Source: an uncultured Bdellovibrionales bacterium (GTDB lineage Bacteria > Patescibacteriota > Minisyncoccia > Moranbacterales > GWC2-37-73). Taken from it: DNA of 56,708 nt. The position numbers and the translations under genes were made by a program. Below the pieces are notes generated by a model. It did no database searches. It saw only the letters and a program-made list of their open reading frames with translations, and had not been told where the DNA came from. Shown in pieces: positions 55,636 to 56,708 of the stretch. Within the stretch, counting starts at the first letter, position 1; each line of letters opens with the position of its first letter. Location: contig CAZAFB010000008.1 of NCBI GenBank assembly GCA_964484505.1, positions 1 to 56,708 on the forward strand, given 5' to 3'.

Positions 55636-56708
55636 ATGTCATACGATCCAAAAACAATAGAGCCAAAATGGCAAAAATATTGGGAAGAGCATCCTGAAAT
55701 TTGTAAGGCTGATGAAAAATCGCAAAAAGAGAAGCGATATATTTTGGATATGTTTCCATATCCTTCCGGTGCCGGTTTGCATATCGGTCATGTGGAGAGC
55801 TATACGGCAACCGATATCGTTTCGCGTTATCTGCGTATGAGGGGATTTAATGTCTTGCACCCGCAGGGCTGGGACGCTTTCGGGCTTCCGGCGGAAAACT
55901 ATGCGATCAAGACCGGGACTCATCCGAACATTACGACTCATGAAAATATCAAGAATTTCACCAAACAGATAAAAAGCTTGGGGATGTCCTATGATTGGTC
56001 GCGCGAGATTGACACTTCCAGTCCTGAATACTACAAATGGACCCAGTGGTTTTTCTTGATGCTATACAAAAACGGTTTGGCATATAAAAAGATGGGAAAG
56101 GTGAATTGGTGCCCGTCTTGCCAAACTGTACTTGCCAATGAGCAGGTTGTTGATGGTGCATGCGAACGCTGCGGCAGCGTGGTTGTGCAAAAAGATTTGG
56201 AACAATGGTATTTCAAGATAACCGATTTTATTGAGAAAAATAAGGAAACAACAGGATTGATTGAGGGCTTGGAAAAAGTAGACTGGCCGGAGTCGACCAA
56301 ATCAGCGCAAATGAATTGGATTGGAAGATCTGAAGGTGTCGAAGTGGATTTTAAAATTGCGGACTGCGATGAAAAAATAACCGTGTACACAACCAGAGTG
56401 GATACGATTTTTGGATGCACATACTGCACGATTGCGCCGGAACACGAAATTATTGAAAAACTCAAAGACAAGATAGGGAACTATGACGAAGTGGAGAAAT
56501 ATATCGAAGAAACAAAAAAAAGTACCGATCTTGAGCGCATGGAATCGAAAGAAAAGACAGGTGTTAAGCTTAGAGGCGTTAAAGTTGTTAATCCGTTCAA
56601 TGGCGAGCAGGTGCCGTTGTTTTCCGCGGATTATGTCTTGAAACAATATGGAACGGGCGCGGTCATGGCCGTGCCAGCTCACGACGAGCGAGATTTTGAA
56701 TTTGCGAA
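55636..56708 (+). CDS. leuS: Leucine--tRNA ligase, 3'-truncated by the window edge
   Basis: Manual translation: [16 protein letters not shown]...[17 protein letters not shown]...[15 protein letters not shown]...TVLANEQV...[11 protein letters not shown]...[15 protein letters not shown]. Confidence 0.98.
   Translation, partial: MSYDPKTIEPKWQKYWEEHPEICKADEKSQKEKRYILDMFPYPSGAGLHIGHVESYTATDIVSRYLRMRGFNVLHPQGWDAFGLPAENYAIKTGTHPNITTHENIKNFTKQIKSLGMSYDWSREIDTSSPEYYKWTQWFFLMLYKNGLAYKKMGKVNWCPSCQTVLANEQVVDGACERCGSVVVQKDLEQWYFKITDFIEKNKETTGLIEGLEKVDWPESTKSAQMNWIGRSEGVEVDFKIADCDEKITVYTTRVDTIFGCTYCTIAPEHEIIEKLKDKIGNYDEVEKYIEETKKSTDLERMESKEKTGVKLRGVKVVNPFNGEQVPLFSADYVLKQYGTGAVMAVPAHDERDFEFA

Overview
Core-genome segment of a bacterium using genetic code 11. 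It is most likely a CPR/Patescibacteria (Parcubacteria-type) organism; this is inferred from mostly Shine-Dalgarno-less core genes, a long-tailed S6, a minimal UvrC, a type-2 IleRS and a giant FN3 surface protein. Gene order: a partial secreted protein (-), rpoB-rpoC, a small accessory island (micro-ORFs, a GC-rich two-domain lipoprotein, an ORF6N gene), lexA-ftsK-rodZ-recA, efp/rpsR/ssb/rpsF (-), an excision-repair cluster (uvrB, uvrA, uvrC, a stand-alone [FeFe]-hydrogenase-like protein, a second uvrA), rsmI-argS, a GT4 glycosyltransferase, T-box-ileS, a two-peptide operon, recO, an Ig-domain membrane protein, tgt, a 2740-aa surface protein with a MacB-type ABC transporter, folD and partial leuS. 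No rRNA, tRNA, CRISPR, integrase or transposase was seen. The most striking unexplained signal is a set of short palindromic or periodic repeat families. They fill many intergenic spacers and flank two genes as direct repeats, like cassettes. They also sit in frame inside uvrA, uvrC, rsmI, argS, ileS and tgt, and at three positions inside the ileS T-box. That T-box combines an ultrashort Stem I with a transcription terminator. Further candidates are a structured RNA before recO, a probable S6:S18 leader attenuator and several unannotated small proteins. All alignments and RNA folds were done by eye.
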